Position numbers and translations under genes: made by a program. From assembly GCA_963514005.1 (NCBI GenBank), contig OY740804.1, positions 5,270,001 through 5,334,000 on the forward strand: a DNA stretch of 64,000 nucleotides. The letters are read 5' to 3'. The stretch's first letter is position 1, and the number at the start of each line of letters is the position of its first letter. The notes under the pieces were generated by a model. That model had not been told where the DNA came from. It made no database searches and was given only the letters and a program-made list of their open reading frames with translations. The DNA is from Raja brachyura. Taxonomy: Eukaryota. This document shows, piece by piece, positions 47,836 through 61,556 of the stretch.

Positions 47836-49104
47836 TGGTTCACACCAGAATAGTGGAGGATCTCCTTGTTCTGGGGCAAGAAGTATCCCATCAACCAAGG
47901 ACACCAAAGTAATCTGTAGGATAGTTGTTGTTTTTTAAAGGGAGCTTGTTGTGTGTAAATTAGATGCACACAAGACTGCAAGGGCGGAAATGTGGAAACA
48001 AGGAACTGCAGATGCTGGTTTATACCAAAGATAGACACAAAGTGCTGGAGCAATTCAGCGGGTCAAGCAGCTTCTCTGGAGAAAAAGGATGGGTAACATT
48101 TTTAAATGGGACCCTTCAGAGTGGTCCTGACCCCCCAACTACCCCATTCGAGACCTTGGAACTATCTTTAATCGGATTTTACTAGACTGTATCTTGCACT
48201 GAACATTATCCCCTTTATCCTGTAGCTGTACCCTGTGGACGGCTTGATTGTAATCGTGTATAGTGTTTTTGCTGACTGGATAGGGTACAACAGAAAAGCT
48301 TTTCACTCCACCTCAGTACACGTGACTCTAATAGGTTAAACTAAAGCAGTTGCCACAGATTCCTTAAATGCAAACATGAAAAGTGATCGTGGTGCTTCCA
48401 CATTTCAGAATGGGTTGGGTTTCACATGTTTTATCTATGTGTGACCTGTGGTCTAGGTTCAACATTTCCTACGCTGTTTCTAGCAGGAGTCCTGTGTGAC
48501 TTTATCACACTAACTGAGCCACACCAAGGACCAGTGTTGGGTTCTGCAGTGCAAGCTCAGTGGGTGAAAACTATTGAGTGAGTTAGAGAGTTGTTGGTTC
48601 AGTTCCCACTCCAGAACGCCGAGCACGGAGGGAGAGCTGTACTGAGGGAGCTCCGCATTGGAAACATAGAAGCATAGAAAATAGGCGCAGGAGTAGGCCA
48701 TTCAGCCCTTCGAACCAGCACCGCCATTCAATATGATCTTGGCTGATCAACCTAAATTTGTACCCAGTTCCTGCTTTCTCCCCATATCTCTTAATTGCGT
48801 TAGTCCTAAGAGCGTTAGTCCTAAGAAAGTTGCTGGAGATGCTGTCACTCTGATGAGGCATTTAGCTGACCTGCTGCTCTGTGCTCTCTGTTATCGCAAG
48901 CCTACTCTCTCTCTTCAGTGCGGTCCTAATCGATGTGAGTTTGTAGGTTCAATACCTCTGCAAGTTTGTCGCAAATCTGTAGGGAATGAATGAGAAAGTG
49001 GGATAACATAACTAGTGTGTACAGGTGATGAATGGTCAGCGTGGAATCAGTGGATCAATGGTCCTGTTTCCATGCGGTATCTCTAAACCAAACTAATCAA
49101 CCAA

Positions 49105-50380
49105 ACGAGATTGATCCCTGGGATGGCGGGACTGTCATATGAGGAAAGATTGAAAAGACTAGGCTTGTATTCACTGGAGTTTAGAAGGATGAGGGGATAT
49201 CTTAAAGAAACATATACAATTATAAAAGGACTGGAAAAGCTAGATGCAGGAAAATTGTTCCCAATGTTGGCTAATCCACCACAGTCTTGGAATAAAGGGG
49301 AGGCCATTTAAGACTGAGGTGAGAAAAACTTTTTCACCCAGAGAGTTGTGAATTTATGGAATTCCCTGCCACAGAGGGCAGTGGAGGCCAAATCACTGGA
49401 TGGATTTAAGAGAGAATTAGATAGAGCTCTAGGGGCTGGTGGAATCAAGGGATATGGGGAGAAGGCAGGCACGGGTTATTGATTGTGGACGATCAGCCAT
49501 GATTACAATGAATGGCGGTGCTGGCTCGAAGGGCTGAATGGCCTCCTCCTGCACCTATTTTCTATGTTTCTATGTTAATCTTTCTCATACCCCACATGTT
49601 ATCCTTGCCTGTTCCTCCATCAAAACTAGCACCGATCTGCAATAAGTAGCTACATGAACCATATTACCTGATACAGCACCCCAAGTATTGTATAAGCATT
49701 GTATAATCACTTGCTTTTAGGAGAGAATTATGCCAAAGAGCAGAACTGGTTTATTAACAAACATATTTTATTGGTTAACCAAAGCCGCTCTTGTCATTAG
49801 AGGTGAGAACAGTAATTAATGATCAATTGATATAATAACCAGATGGGTCTTTCAAAAGCATTGTGTTATAGGAAAGATGTTGTCTAGCTGGAAAGGGTAC
49901 AGAGAAGATTTACGAAGATGTTGCCAGGATTACATGGTTTGAGCTATAGGGAGAGGTTTAGGCGGCTGGGATTCTATTCCTTGGAGCGCAGGAGGATGAG
50001 GGGTGATCTTATAGAGATGTATAAAATTACGAGAGTAATAGATCGGGTAGATGCACGTAGTCTCTTGCCCAGACGAGGGGAATCGAGGACCAGAGGACAT
50101 AGGTGTAATGTGAAGGAGAAAAGATTCAATAGGAATCCGAGGGGTAACTTTTTCACACCAAGGATGGTGGGTGTATGGAACAAACTGCCAGAGGAGGTAA
50201 TTGAGGCAGGGACTATCCCGACGTTTAGGAAACTGTTACATAGGGTACTTGGATAGGACAGGTTTCAAGGGATATGGGCCTGGTGGGACTAGTGTAGCTG
50301 GCCTGGGACATGTTGGCTGGTGTGGGCAAGTTGGGCTGTAGGGCCCGTTTCCACACTGTGTCACTCTATGACTCTATATG
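49105..50380 (+). mobile_element. Two CR1 3' fragments (about 49105-49575 and 49860-50380)
   Basis: ORF2 C-terminal motifs (LGLYSLEFRRMRG; LGFYSLERRRMRGDL) and family tails. Confidence 0.8.
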
Positions 50381-51090
50381 TATGGCAATTCTTTTGGAAA
50401 ATAACTTCATGAAAGGATTTGAAGGCATTTCCTCTGTTAAACCAAGGTAATGGGTCTGTGTCTGAGGTTGAATCGAGAAGTTAACCCTCATACTGGTTTA
50501 GTGCAGAGTTACCCCTTCTACTCAAGTAGTGTCACAGTACACTAATGTGAGGCATTTATATTTGTTTACAACACTGATATTAGGGTGGCATAGTAGCTCA
50601 GTGGTAGAGTTGCTGCCTCACAACACCAGAGCCTACGGTTGCCGTCTGTATGAAGTTTGTACGATCTTTCTGCGACCACATAGGTTTTCTCCAGGTGCTC
50701 CGGCTTCCTCCCACATTCCAAAGATGTGCAGGAAGGAACTGCAGATGCTGGTTTACCCCGAATATAGACGCAAAATGATAGAGTAACTCAGCGGGACAGG
50801 CGGCTTGTTTGTAGGTTGATTGGCCTCTGTAAATTGTCCCTAGTCTGTAGGGTAGAACCACTGTACAGGTGATCGTTGGTCAGTGCGGACCCGGTGGACT
50901 GAAGGGCCTGTTTCCGCTCTGTATCACTCATTTAGAAGTAAAATGAATTAACATATGGACTCTGATTCAATGCCAGGCTGTAGAATTGAAGCTATTAGCT
51001 GAGTTGGAAAGGACCCATTAAAGTTAACGTACAAGTTTGAAGTGTTGAAAGCAGATGCACTATAATTATAATCCAATTGTTGAGAACGGA

Positions 51091-51228
51091 TCAATTCTGG
51101 CACGAGAAATTCCCCTTCTCTTCGTGGTCTGGTGTCTGATCAATATCGCGGAAGGTTTCTTCTGTCTGAGTGCTGGATTTATCCGTGGTCACGTCACTTA
51201 ATTTATCTTCTTCGTCATCTCTGGAAAA
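51091..51228 (-). CDS. Probable terminal exon of the minus-strand gene (FSRDDEEDKLSDVTTDKSSTQTEETFRDIDQTPDHEEKGNFSCQN*)
   Basis: Minus-strand ccttcttttcaaag acceptor gives a phase-0 acidic frame ending in TGA; a second cag acceptor lies 8 nt downstream. Confidence 0.5.
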   Translation of the reverse strand, partial: FSRDDEEDKLSDVTTDKSSTQTEETFRDIDQTPDHEEKGNFSCQN

Positions 51229-51258
51229 CTTTGAAAAGAAGGTCAATATTTTATTGTT

Positions 51259-51791
51259 TTTTTTTGTTTTTTTTAATTTTATTTTTTAGAGGTAAATACA
51301 TCAATGTACACATATATACTGTTCCAATCATTGTACCCCATAATTTTATGGCTTTTAAAGAAAAAGAATAGAGAGAAAGAGAGTGAAATGTGAAAAGAGT
51401 TGTGACAGTGAAAGAGCGTGCCAGAGGGGAGAAGAAACCCTTGGTCAAAGAATTAGAAAAGGGGGTTCAAAGATAGACCTAAAAAAAGAAAAGGAAAAAG
51501 TAAACAAAAAGGAAAAAAGCCAGTTATTATGTTATATATATCACGCAAAAGGAATCCACCAACTCGATAGTTTTTCATCCCCCCCTACCAAGGCCCGAGG
51601 TACTCCTGCACCCTATCTTTGTAGTAATTCTATAAATGCAGACCACGTCTGATAGAAGCGTTCTGATTTTCCTTCCAGGCGGAGTCTCATATCTTCCAGA
51701 TGTGGTGTTTCAAACATAGTTGAAATCCACATATTTAACGTCGGTATAGGAGCATTTTTCCAAAATTTTAAGATTAGTTTTTTTCCTATTA
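51259..51791 (-). mobile_element. 5'-truncated L1-clade LINE
   Basis: Minus-strand IGKKLILKFWKNAPIPTLNMW...FYQTWSAF, A-rich tail, 17-bp TSD GTCAATATTTTATTGTT (51242-51258, 51792-51808). Confidence 0.85.
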
Positions 51792-51922
51792 GTCAATATT
51801 TTATTGTTAAGCAGTATGTCAGCAGTCGATCTTTAAGCCAAAGCAAATTTAAATCTTTTATTGATTATAGATTCCACCACAGAATGCTGAATATGGCTCT
51901 CTTTTAATTCTTGTCATGATCA

Positions 51923-52345
51923 TGGGCTTGTACACTCTGGAGTTTAGAAGGATGAGAGGGAATCTCATTGAAACACAGAAGATTGTTAACGGCTTGGACA
52001 CGCTAGAGGCAGGAAACATGTTCCCGATATTGGGGGAGTCCAGCACCAGGGGCCACAGTTTAAGAATAAGGAGTAAGCCATTTGGAACGGAGACGAGGAA
52101 ACACTTTTTCTCACAGAGAGTGGTGAGTCTGTGAAATTCTCTGCCTCGGAGGGCGGTGGAGGCAGGTTCGCTGGATGCTTTCAAGAGAGAGCTAGATAGG
52201 GCTCTTAAAAATAGCGGAGTCAGGGGATATGGGGAGAAAGCAGGAACGGGGTACTGATTGGGGATGATCAGCCATGATCACATTGAATGGCGGTGCTGGC
52301 TCGAAGGGCCGAATGTCCTACTCCTGTACCTAATGTCTATTGATT
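51923..52345 (+). mobile_element. CR1 3' fragment
   Basis: GLYTLEFRRMRGNLIE and 3' UTR. Confidence 0.8.
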
Positions 52346-52798
52346 TAATTGGAACAATAAATGAAACGGGTTTGCTGTACATTTTGCACAAAGAACTATA
52401 TTGTACTTTATGTTATTTTTTATGATTAGCATGGTTCACTTAGAATTTCCCATTGAGCCGTCTTTATATAGAATCATAGAGTGATAGTGTGGAAACAGGC
52501 CCTTTGGCCCAATTTGTCCACACCAGCCGACATGTCCTAGGTACACTAGTCCCACCCACCTGCGCTTGGTCCATATCCCTCCAAATTTGTCTAACTGTTT
52601 TTTAAACGTTGGGATAGTCCCAGCCTCAATTACTTCCTCTGGCAGCTTGTTCCATACACTCACCGCCCTTTGTGTGAAAAAGTTCAAGAGGCAAGAGTGT
52701 TTTATTGTCATATGTCCCAGATAGGACAATGAAATTCTTACTTGCTGCAGCACACAGAATATACAAACATAGTACATAATGGGGGAAAAAAAAGTTCA

Positions 52799-52799
<1 letters not shown>

Positions 52800-52847
<48 letters not shown>
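52800..52847. repeat. (TA)n(CA)n microsatellite
   Basis: About 20 TA units followed by CA units. Confidence 0.95.
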
Positions 52848-53627
52848 TACCCACATACTCAATAAATAAACAAATATAGTGCAATATTAATAATAGTCTA
52901 CCTCGATAGTTACCCCTCAGATTCCCATCACCTCAAACCTATGTCCTCTGGGCCACAAATTCACTTACTCTGGGCAAGAGACACTGTGCATATATTTAGA
53001 TTAAAACAGGACTATAATGTACTTCTGTTTTAATGTAAATATATGAAGAGGTCCCAGTGACACGTTCTAACTGAACCATGCTCATCATAAAATAACCTAA
53101 CAAGTAGAAGCAAAGCAGATGATCTGCCATGTGTTCTCTGGAATGCCGAAGGTTGAGGGGAGACCTATATAAGATTATGAGTGGCATTGAGAGAGGAGAC
53201 AGTCAGAAACATTTTTCCCAGACTGGAGAGCATAGCTTTAAGATGTTTGGGGCAACGTTTAAAGGACATGTAAGGCCCAAGTTCACTTTTGTTTTACACA
53301 GAGGGTGGTGGGTGCCTGGTACGCACAGCTGTGTGTGATGGTGGTGGAGGCAGATTATGAAAGTGGCATTTAAGAGGCACTTGGACAAGAACATGGATCT
53401 GCAGGGATACTGATAATGTGCAGGCAGATAAGGGTTAGTCTCGCTATCATGGTCAGTACATTTAAAAGTAAAGTGGATAGGTATATGGACGGGGAGGGAA
53501 TTGAGGGGTATGGTCTGAGTGCAGGTAGATGGGACTAGGGGAAAATAAATGGTCGGCACGGCCTGGAAGGGCCGAGAAGGCCTGTTTCCGTGCTGTAATT
53601 GTTATATGGTTATATGGTTATAGTACA

Positions 53628-53941
53628 GGGGCGGCACGGTGGCGCACAGTAGATTTGCTGCCTCGCACAGCGCCTGTGACCCGGGTTCGATCCTGACTAC
53701 GGGTGCTGTCTGTATGGAGTTTGTATATTCTCCCCGTGACCTGCGCAGGTTATCTCTGGGAGCTACGGTTTCCTCCCACACCCCACAGACGTACAGGTTT
53801 GTACGCTAATTGGCTTCGTAAAATTGTAAATTGTCCCTGGTGTGTGTAGGATAGTGTAAGTGTGTGGGGATCACTGGTCGGCGCGAACTCGGTGGGCCGA
53901 AGGGCCTGTTTCTACACTGTATCTTTGAAATAAACTAAACT
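53628..53941 (+). mobile_element. V-SINE (HE1-like)
   Basis: Same head, core and tail. Confidence 0.85.
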
Positions 53942-54189
53942 ACAGACATTGTGGGCCGAAGGGCCTGCTCCTGTGCCGTACTGTTCTGTGATGTGTATTT
54001 TTAATCTTACACGCCAACTCCATCTAATCCCCATAACCCTTGGGCACTCACATGCGCCCAGATGGTACTTGGTGTTTAGTGGATTATATGGAGGGATATT
54101 ATATAGAACACACCGCATAAATAAATATCCAAGAGATAGCATAGAGACAAATTCTATTGATGATTAGACATCAGATGTGAATTCCTTAC

Positions 54190-54245
54190 CACAGAATTGC
54201 AGACTGCATTATATTCTTCCTCTTTGTAACTGATTCCTTCCTCCG
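54190..54245 (-). CDS. Probable cytoplasmic exon of the minus-strand gene (EEGISYKEEEYNAVCNSV)
   Basis: Minus-strand ttctttatcatccttag acceptor and GTG/gtaagg donor; phase 1 to 0; non-repeat sequence. Confidence 0.5.
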
Positions 54246-55661
54246 CTAAGGATGATAAAGAAATAGATTGCAAAAATATGACTAAAAATTAATACTGTAA
54301 ATCCGTTGCAATACATATTTTAAGGAATAGTTGTCTGCAGTGTGTTTTGACATTTGCAATAGAAAAATCGACTGAAAGGTAATCCCTTTAGCCACAAGGG
54401 CCACATCTAACTCCCTCTTAAATATAGCCAATGAACTGGCCTCAACTACCTTCTGTGGCAGAAAATTCCACAGATTCACCACTCCATGTGTGAAAAATGT
54501 TTTTCTCATCTCGGTCCTAAAAGACTTCCCCCTTATCCTTAAACTGTGACCCCTTGTTCTGAACTTCCCCAACATCGGGAACAATCTTCCTGCATCTAGC
54601 CTGTCCAACCCCTTAAGAATTTTGTACGTTTCTATGAGATCTATCTGTTTCCATGCTGTATCTCTAAACTAAACTAAATTAAACTAAACTAAACTCCAAA
54701 CATGTGCAGGTTTGTAGCGTAATTGACTTCTGTCAATTGTCCCTTGTGTGTAGGGTGGAACTAGTATACGCTGGTTGGACTCAGTGGGCTAAAGGGCCTG
54801 TGTCTACACTGTATCTGTAAACTAAACTGCAGCAAACTATTATATCTCAGAAGATGCCCTTTTAAAACACTTCCAAGCACACAGAATAATGTGTCACTGT
54901 AGGATTGCTATTTTTTAAATGTCAGCCTGACTTTAATTCACCTGAAAACACCAAAATGGCACCTCCTGCTCTTGGTACTGATTTAATAATTTAGTAAATA
55001 AATAATTGAACCACACTGTGGTGATGGAGGATGGACGAATGAATGTCATGCACACAGGACCTCTTTTATCACTCCTATGATTGGAACGTTATGTTACTGT
55101 CCTTGTGCATACTTGTGTCTTGTATGTACAGCATTGTATATTGTTCTCTGTCTCTTGTCTGTAGTGTCAGGGCATATTCTTATTCATTGTTCATCTCGAG
55201 TGCAGCCTCTCCATAGATTCCTGCAGGTGTCAGCTGGCATTCAGCTGGTGACACTGTGAGCCAGAGGTTGGGGGTTCAAATCCCACTGCCATGTGAGTTG
55301 AGCACAAAGATCGCGTCTAACCATTCAGCGTGGAACTCAAGCAGTGAATTATTGTTGGAGATGCTGTCAGATGAGACAAGTAACTTAGGCTTTCCCTGCT
55401 CTCTCTGAAGGGTCTGTTAAGCTGCTGCAAGTAAGAATTTCATTGTTCTGTTTTCAGTAAATATGATAATTAAATACTCTTAATTCTTGGCTTGAGGATA
55501 TATGAGGTCCTTTGCCAAGGTGAATTGATTATTATTTTCCCCCACATGATCCATGTCCTCATTTTAATGAAAACACAAATAATCTGAGTATTAACACATC
55601 AATTTGCATGTTTTCCCCGTGACCGTGTGGGTTTTCTCTGCGTGCTCCTGTTTCCTCCCTA

Positions 55662-56320
55662 AAGGATGAGAGGGAATCTTATTGAAACATGGAAGATTAT
55701 TAAGGGATTGGACACGCTAGAGGCAGGAAACATGTTCCCAATGTTGGAGGAGTCCAGAACCAGGGGCCACAGTTTAAATATAAGGGGTAGGCCATTTAGA
55801 ACGGAGATGAGGAAAAACGTTTTCACCCAGAGAGTTGTGGATCTGTGGAATTCTCTGCCTCAGAAGGCAGTGGAGGCCAATTCTCTGGAGGCTTTCAAGA
55901 GAGAGTTAAGGGCCTGTCCCACTTGGCGATTTTTTCACCGACTGCCGGCGTCATATCAGGATCGCCAAAAGATTTTGAACATTTCAAAATCCAACGGTGA
56001 CAAAAAAATATGTGGCGACACTTGAAAAAACACCGCGCATCAATGGTGACAATACGTCACGTGACAATACGTGACAAGACGTATTTTTCGGTGACCTGAT
56101 ACGTCAGTCAATGATGCCAGCAGTCGGCGAGAAAATCGCTAAGTGGGGCAGGCCCTTTAGATAAAGCTCTTAAAGATAGCGGAGACAAGAGATATGGGGA
56201 GAAGGCAGGAACGGGGTACTGATTGTGGTTGATCAGCCATGATCACAGTGAATGGTGGTGCTGGTTCAAAGGGCCGAATGGCCTACTCCTGCACCTATTG
56301 TCTATTGTCTATTGTCTATC
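55662..56320 (+). mobile_element. CR1 3' fragment interrupted by a Harbinger-type MITE
   Basis: ORF 55666..56025 motifs; (CTATTGT)n tail. Confidence 0.8.
55909..56156. mobile_element. PIF/Harbinger-type MITE
   Basis: TIR AGGGCCTGTCCCACTT with long inverted arms; TTA TSD. Confidence 0.85.
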
Positions 56321-56879
56321 CCAAAAAACATGCGGTGTTTGTAGTCAAGTTTAGTTTCTTGAGTTTGGTTTATTGTCACATGTACCGAGGTAGAATGAAA
56401 AGCTTTTAAGATAATTGGCCTTTGTAAAATTGCCCCTGGTGTGTAGGGAATGGGCGTGAATGTGGGATAACGTAGAACTGGTGTGAGTGGGTGATCAATA
56501 GTCGGTATGGATTTGGTGGGCCGAAGGGCCTGTTGCCATGTCATATCTCTAAACTAAACTAAAGATCCCAATTTGTTGTAATTTTTTCCACATTTTAAAC
56601 AAGTCCAAAGTAATGTTCGATAGTGTGCTCTTTTTCTGTTTCTTTTCCCCTTTGTTTTAGCATCTATTTTTAGAAATAGAATTAGTATTTTGTTAATACG
56701 TAAAATATAATTTTGATAATTCAGGTATACCTCACAGGCACATGGATGGATTAAACTTTATTTTGTATCTTTTTGATGTAAATGCTCCTGGAGTATTTTT
56801 GTGGTCCCTTCAAATCAAATTAGGAACTGTACACAGTGGTGTGGATTTGCTTGGAGTTGCTGACCATCAAAGGGATCTA

Positions 56880-57715
56880 GTTCAAGTTCAAGTTCAAGTG
56901 AGTTTATTTTCATGCGTCCCTGATAGGACAATGAAATTCTTGCTTTGCTTCAGCACAACATAACATAGTAGGCATTGACTATAAAACAGATCAGTGTGTC
57001 CATATACCATTATATAAATATTTACACACATGAATAAACTGATAAAGTGCAAATAACAGATAATGGGCTATTAACGTGCAGAGTTTTGTCCGAGCCAAGT
57101 TTAATAGCCTGATGGCTGTGGGGAAGTAGCTATTCCTGAACCGGGTTGTTGCAGTCTCCAGGCTCCTGTACCTTCTACCTGAAGGTAGCGGGGAGATGAG
57201 TGTGTGGCCAGGATGGTGTGGGTCTTTGATGATACTGCCAGCCTTTTTGAGGCAGTGACTGCGATAGATCCCCTCGATGGAAGGGAGGTCAGAGCCGATG
57301 ATGGACTGGGCAGTGTTTGCTACTTTTTGTAGTATTTTCCTCTCCAGGGCGCTATCGTCTGATCTATCATCATCAAAAAGGCAGCCAACAACATCAAAGA
57401 CCCACACCATCCTGGCCATCTCACCACTGCCATCGGGAAGAAGGTACAGGAGCCTGAGAACTGCAACGTCCAGGTTCAGGAACACCTTCTTCCCTACAGG
57501 CATCAGGCTATTAAACACTGCAACCTCAAATGCTCTGAACTACAAAAGACTATTGTTATTATTATTAATATTATTGCACTGTTCGTGTTTATTCTTTTTT
57601 TCTGAGTTTTTGTTATATTATTTATTATGATTACATATTCTGTTGTGCTGCAGCAAGTAAGAATGTCATTGTTCTATCTGGGACATATGACAATAAAACA
57701 CACTTGACACTTGCA
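56880..57715. mobile_element. Two Rex1-type LINE 3' fragments in head-to-head orientation
   Basis: PLPSGRRYRSL...TRFRN motif on both strands (ORFs 56991..57518 minus, 57277..57630 plus) with short tandem tails. Confidence 0.75.
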
Positions 57716-58049
57716 GGGTTAGAACTGAAGGAATGGGAGAGGTTTCTGGAGAATTCCACATTTTCCTCTTCAGCTCATCCACTGGAAGTAGAAAGTTTAC
57801 TCATGTACAATTGGAATGTTTAAAGTTGCCCAACTTACTTACTCGCTGCTGAATATTTCCTGCATTTTGTGACAAAAATAGCAGTAACAATCAAAATTCC
57901 AAATATGCTTCCCAGAAGAATGGATACATGTACGGAACTGTGGGAACAAAAAAAAAAGCAACATTTAATTATCCCAAGCCAATTTTCATACTTGCTGTTT
58001 CGTACGTTTTTCAATTTTCTTCTCCCATTTCTGTTCGATCATGTCATAA

Positions 58050-58685
58050 ATGACAGGAGCAGAATTAGGCCATTCGGCCCGTAAAGTTTACTCCGCATTT
58101 AAATCCTGGCTGATCTATCTCACCCTCATAACTCCATTCGCCTGCCTTCTCCCCATAACCCCTGGCACCCGTACTAATCAAGAATCTATCTATCTATTTC
58201 TGCCTTAAAAATATCCATTGACGGCCTCCACGGTCTTCTGTGGCAAAGAATTCTTCAGGTTCACCACCCTCTGACTAAAGAAATTCCTCCTCATCTCCTT
58301 CCTAAAGGAACGTCCTTTAATTCTGAGGCAATGACTTCTGGTCCTAGACTCTCCCACCAGTGGAAACATCCTCTCCACATCCACTCCATCCAAGCCTTTC
58401 ACTATTTTGTATGTTTCAATGCGATCCCCCCTCATTCTTCTAAACTCTTGCGAGTACAGGCCCAGCACTGTGAAACGCTCATTCATAACTCACTCATTCC
58501 TGGGATCATTCTTATAAACCTCCTCTGGACCTTCTCCAGAGTCAGCACATCCTTCCTCAGAAACGGTGCCCAAAATTACTCACCATGCTCCAAAAAACGC
58601 CTTACCAGTGCCTTATAGAGCCTCAGCATTACATCTCTGCATTTGTATTCTAGCCCTCTTGAAATAAATGATAGCATTGCTAGCA
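58050..58685 (-). mobile_element. CR1 3' fragment
   Basis: ORF 58205..58486 motifs. Confidence 0.78.
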
Positions 58686-59198
58686 TCTGTTGCTAAAACC
58701 ACTGAAGTTTGTGGCATGCAGACCCCCAGACACTAACTATGTACCCAACACCATGTACACACACAAGTAATATGCAGTTGGCTATTCAGCTTTAGTAAAG
58801 CATGAAGTGCTGGAGTAACTCAATTAGACAGGCAGCATCTGTGGAAGGAATGGATTGACGATGTTTCAGGTCGGGACCCTGCTTAAGATTGAGATACAAA
58901 GAACTGCAGATGCTGTAAATCTAGAGTAAAATGCAAGTTGCTGTAGTAACTCAGCAGGCCAGGCGGCATCTGTTTCAGGTCTGCAACAAATTGCAGATGT
59001 TGGAATCTTAAGAAAACACAAGGTAACTCAGTGGGTCAGGAGACACGTGGAACCCCAAAACTGCAGTCTTGACCCAAAACATTGTCTATCCTCAGTTGCT
59101 GCCTGACCTGCTGAGTTGCTCCAGCACTTTTCATCTTATTCAAGATTCCAGCATCTGCAGTTCCTTCTGTCTCCATTCAGCTTTAGTAGTTTGCAAAC

Positions 59199-59310
59199 CT
59201 CCACATCGTTCATGTTCCCACGGAAACACAATTGAGCAAATTATTAGAGAGCGATCAAGAGAGGAAGCCCTGAGTAATATTCACCCTTAGAATGAAGTTC
59301 CCCCGAGGAC
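59199..59310 (-). pseudogene. Candidate frameshifted TM exon of the minus-strand gene
   Basis: tag acceptor (phase 2) reads SSGELHSKGEYYSGLPLLIAL*; restoring 1 nt continues LIICSIVFPW to a phase-1 donor. No basic stop-transfer, so tentative. Confidence 0.3.
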
Positions 59311-59729
59311 CTACATGAGCGGAAACTCAGTTTAAATGTAGAATCATATTTACACCATAGCTTGTTGCAGGTTGTTATACTATTTAAAACTTTATTTTTC
59401 TTTTCTATTTGCAATAAAAGAGTAACTGAAAGTAACATGGGGAAGTTTATTTTAAAATACTTTGTGGTTTGGGCCATTACCAGAGGTGAGTGGTTTAACT
59501 TAGTTTAGAGATACAGTGCAGAAACAGTGGAGGCAGATGGAATGAAAGTGTTCAAAGGGGAACTAGGTAGATATTTAACCATGAAAAGTGGAGAGTGAAG
59601 GATAGTGAGACCAACTGGGTCACTCCAACATAGAGCTAGTAGAGATTAGATGGGTTGAACAGTCTTTTCCTATGATGTAACAATCTTGCAATTCTGTAAT
59701 CAGTTAGTACATCAAATTGCTATTAGTTT

Positions 59730-59970
59730 AGGTTACACAAAAATACTGGAGAAACTCAGTGGGTGAGGCAGCATCTATGGAGCAAAAGAAATAGGCGAGG
59801 TTTTGGGTCGAGATGTCTATTTCCTTGGTCTGAAGAAGGGTCTCGAGCCGAAACGTCACCTATTTCCTTCGCTCCATCGATGCTGCCTCACCCGCTGAGT
59901 TTCTCCAGCATTTTTGTCTACCTTCGATTTTCCAGAGTTTGTCTACCTTCGATCTGCAGTTCCATCTTAA
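59730..59970. repeat. Penelope-derived palindrome with hammerhead motif
   Basis: Same arms as 25524-25746; GGT-CTGAAGA...GAAACGTC-ACC at 59827-59860. Further copies near 2753-2995, 3243-3415, 7268-7480, 32282-32535, 32864-33070, 37090-37265. Confidence 0.8.
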
Positions 59971-61077
59971 ACATTAGTTTAGGTTAGTTCCGTTTGGAGA
60001 TAGAGTGTGGAAACAGGCTATTCGGCCCACCGAGTCCATGCCAACCAGCCATCATCCGTTCGCACTAGTTCTATGTTATCCCACTTTCTCATCAACACAC
60101 TACACACTAGTGACAATTTACAGGTTAATTAACCTACAAACCTGCACGTCTTTGGGATGTGGGAGGAAGCTGCATCACGCAGAGAAAACTAAAGGGGTCA
60201 CAGGGAGAATGTACAAACTTCATACAGACAGCACCCGTAGTCAGGATCGAACCTGGGTCCCTGACGCTGTGAGGCAGAAACTCTACCGCTGCGCCACCAT
60301 GCCGCCGCTATTTGTGGGAATTAGATCTGGAGATGCTTGGTGCTTTCATCAATGCAGTAACTGCAACAGCTGCACAATCCGAATCATTACAGAGTTTGGA
60401 TGCAAGTACAAGCTTGTACTTTCTCCACTCCTTCATCAACAGGCTCATCTGGGAATCGATATTGAGCGGGTTGTAGTTGAAATGTGGCTCGTAAAATGGA
60501 ATTCGCTTAGTGATGAGTGATATGGGCCAATTTGTTTCGACGAAGAAGATCCACACTAAAAGCGTTCTCATTCCGTTCTCTTATTAGTACTCTTGTGAAG
60601 GCAAATGTGTCTAATATTTTGCACACAGTTTTCAACACTTGGTCAACACAGTTAATATAACTGCAGCACTCAAAGTTTACGAAAGGTCAAATCAGCGGAA
60701 AATGTCTCATTTTGTTGATTACGTGACATAGATTTGTCAAGGAAGTGGTTGAGAAATTGGGATAACGTCGGAGCTAGTCTGAAAGGGTGATCAATGGTCA
60801 GGATGGACTTGGTAGGTTGAAGGGCTGGTTTCTATGCTATATCTCTAAACTAAACCTTCACGGGCTTTGTGGGATAAGAAGTAAACTGACATTAACAGTA
60901 ATCATGCCAGAGGAAGTTGAATTGAATACTTTATTGTCACATATAACAAGTCACAGTGAAATTCCTTGCTTGCATACCCATGGTATGCGATTAGTTGCCA
61001 GGTAAAGGGCACTGACAAAGCTACAAAGTTGTTGAGGTAGGTACTACAACAACCTTTAAAAGACATTTGGACAGTTA

Positions 61078-61379
61078 TGGCACGGTGGCGCAGCGGTAGA
61101 GTTGCTGCCTTAGAGCGTTTTCAGCGCCAGAGACCCAGATTCACGGGTGCTGTCTGTATGGAGTTTGCACGTTCTCCCCGTGACCTGCGTGGGCTTTCTC
61201 CGCGATCTTTGGTTTCCTCCCACACTCTAAACATCTACATGTTTGCAGGTAAATTGGCTTCTAAAAAATGTAAATTGTCCCTAAGATAGTAGGATAGTAT
61301 TAATATGTGGGGATCACTGGTCGACGCGGACTCGGTGGGCCGAAGGGCCAGTTTCCGCGCTGTATCTCTAAACTAAACT
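61078..61379 (+). mobile_element. V-SINE (HE1-like)
   Basis: Same head, core and tail. Confidence 0.85.
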
Positions 61380-61556
61380 GCGGTACACGGATAGGGAAGA
61401 TTTAGAAGGATGTGGGCTAAAAGTGGGAAAATGGGACCAGAGTGGATGGGGGCATTTGGATTGGCATGAACAAATTGGACCAAAGGGCTGTTTATCAGGC
61501 TGTAGGAGTGTGACACTATGACGACAATGCTGTTTATTTATCTATTGCACTATTAC

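Noticed and set aside
55077-55259. Hydrophobic Cys-rich 60-aa ORF resembling a TM segment
   Set aside because: No convincing splice boundaries or basic stop-transfer; TG-rich composition explains the hydrophobicity.
60308-60571. 87-aa minus-strand ORF in non-repeat sequence between putative gene 4 exons
   Set aside because: No Ig, TM or signalling motif and no phase-consistent splice pair found.
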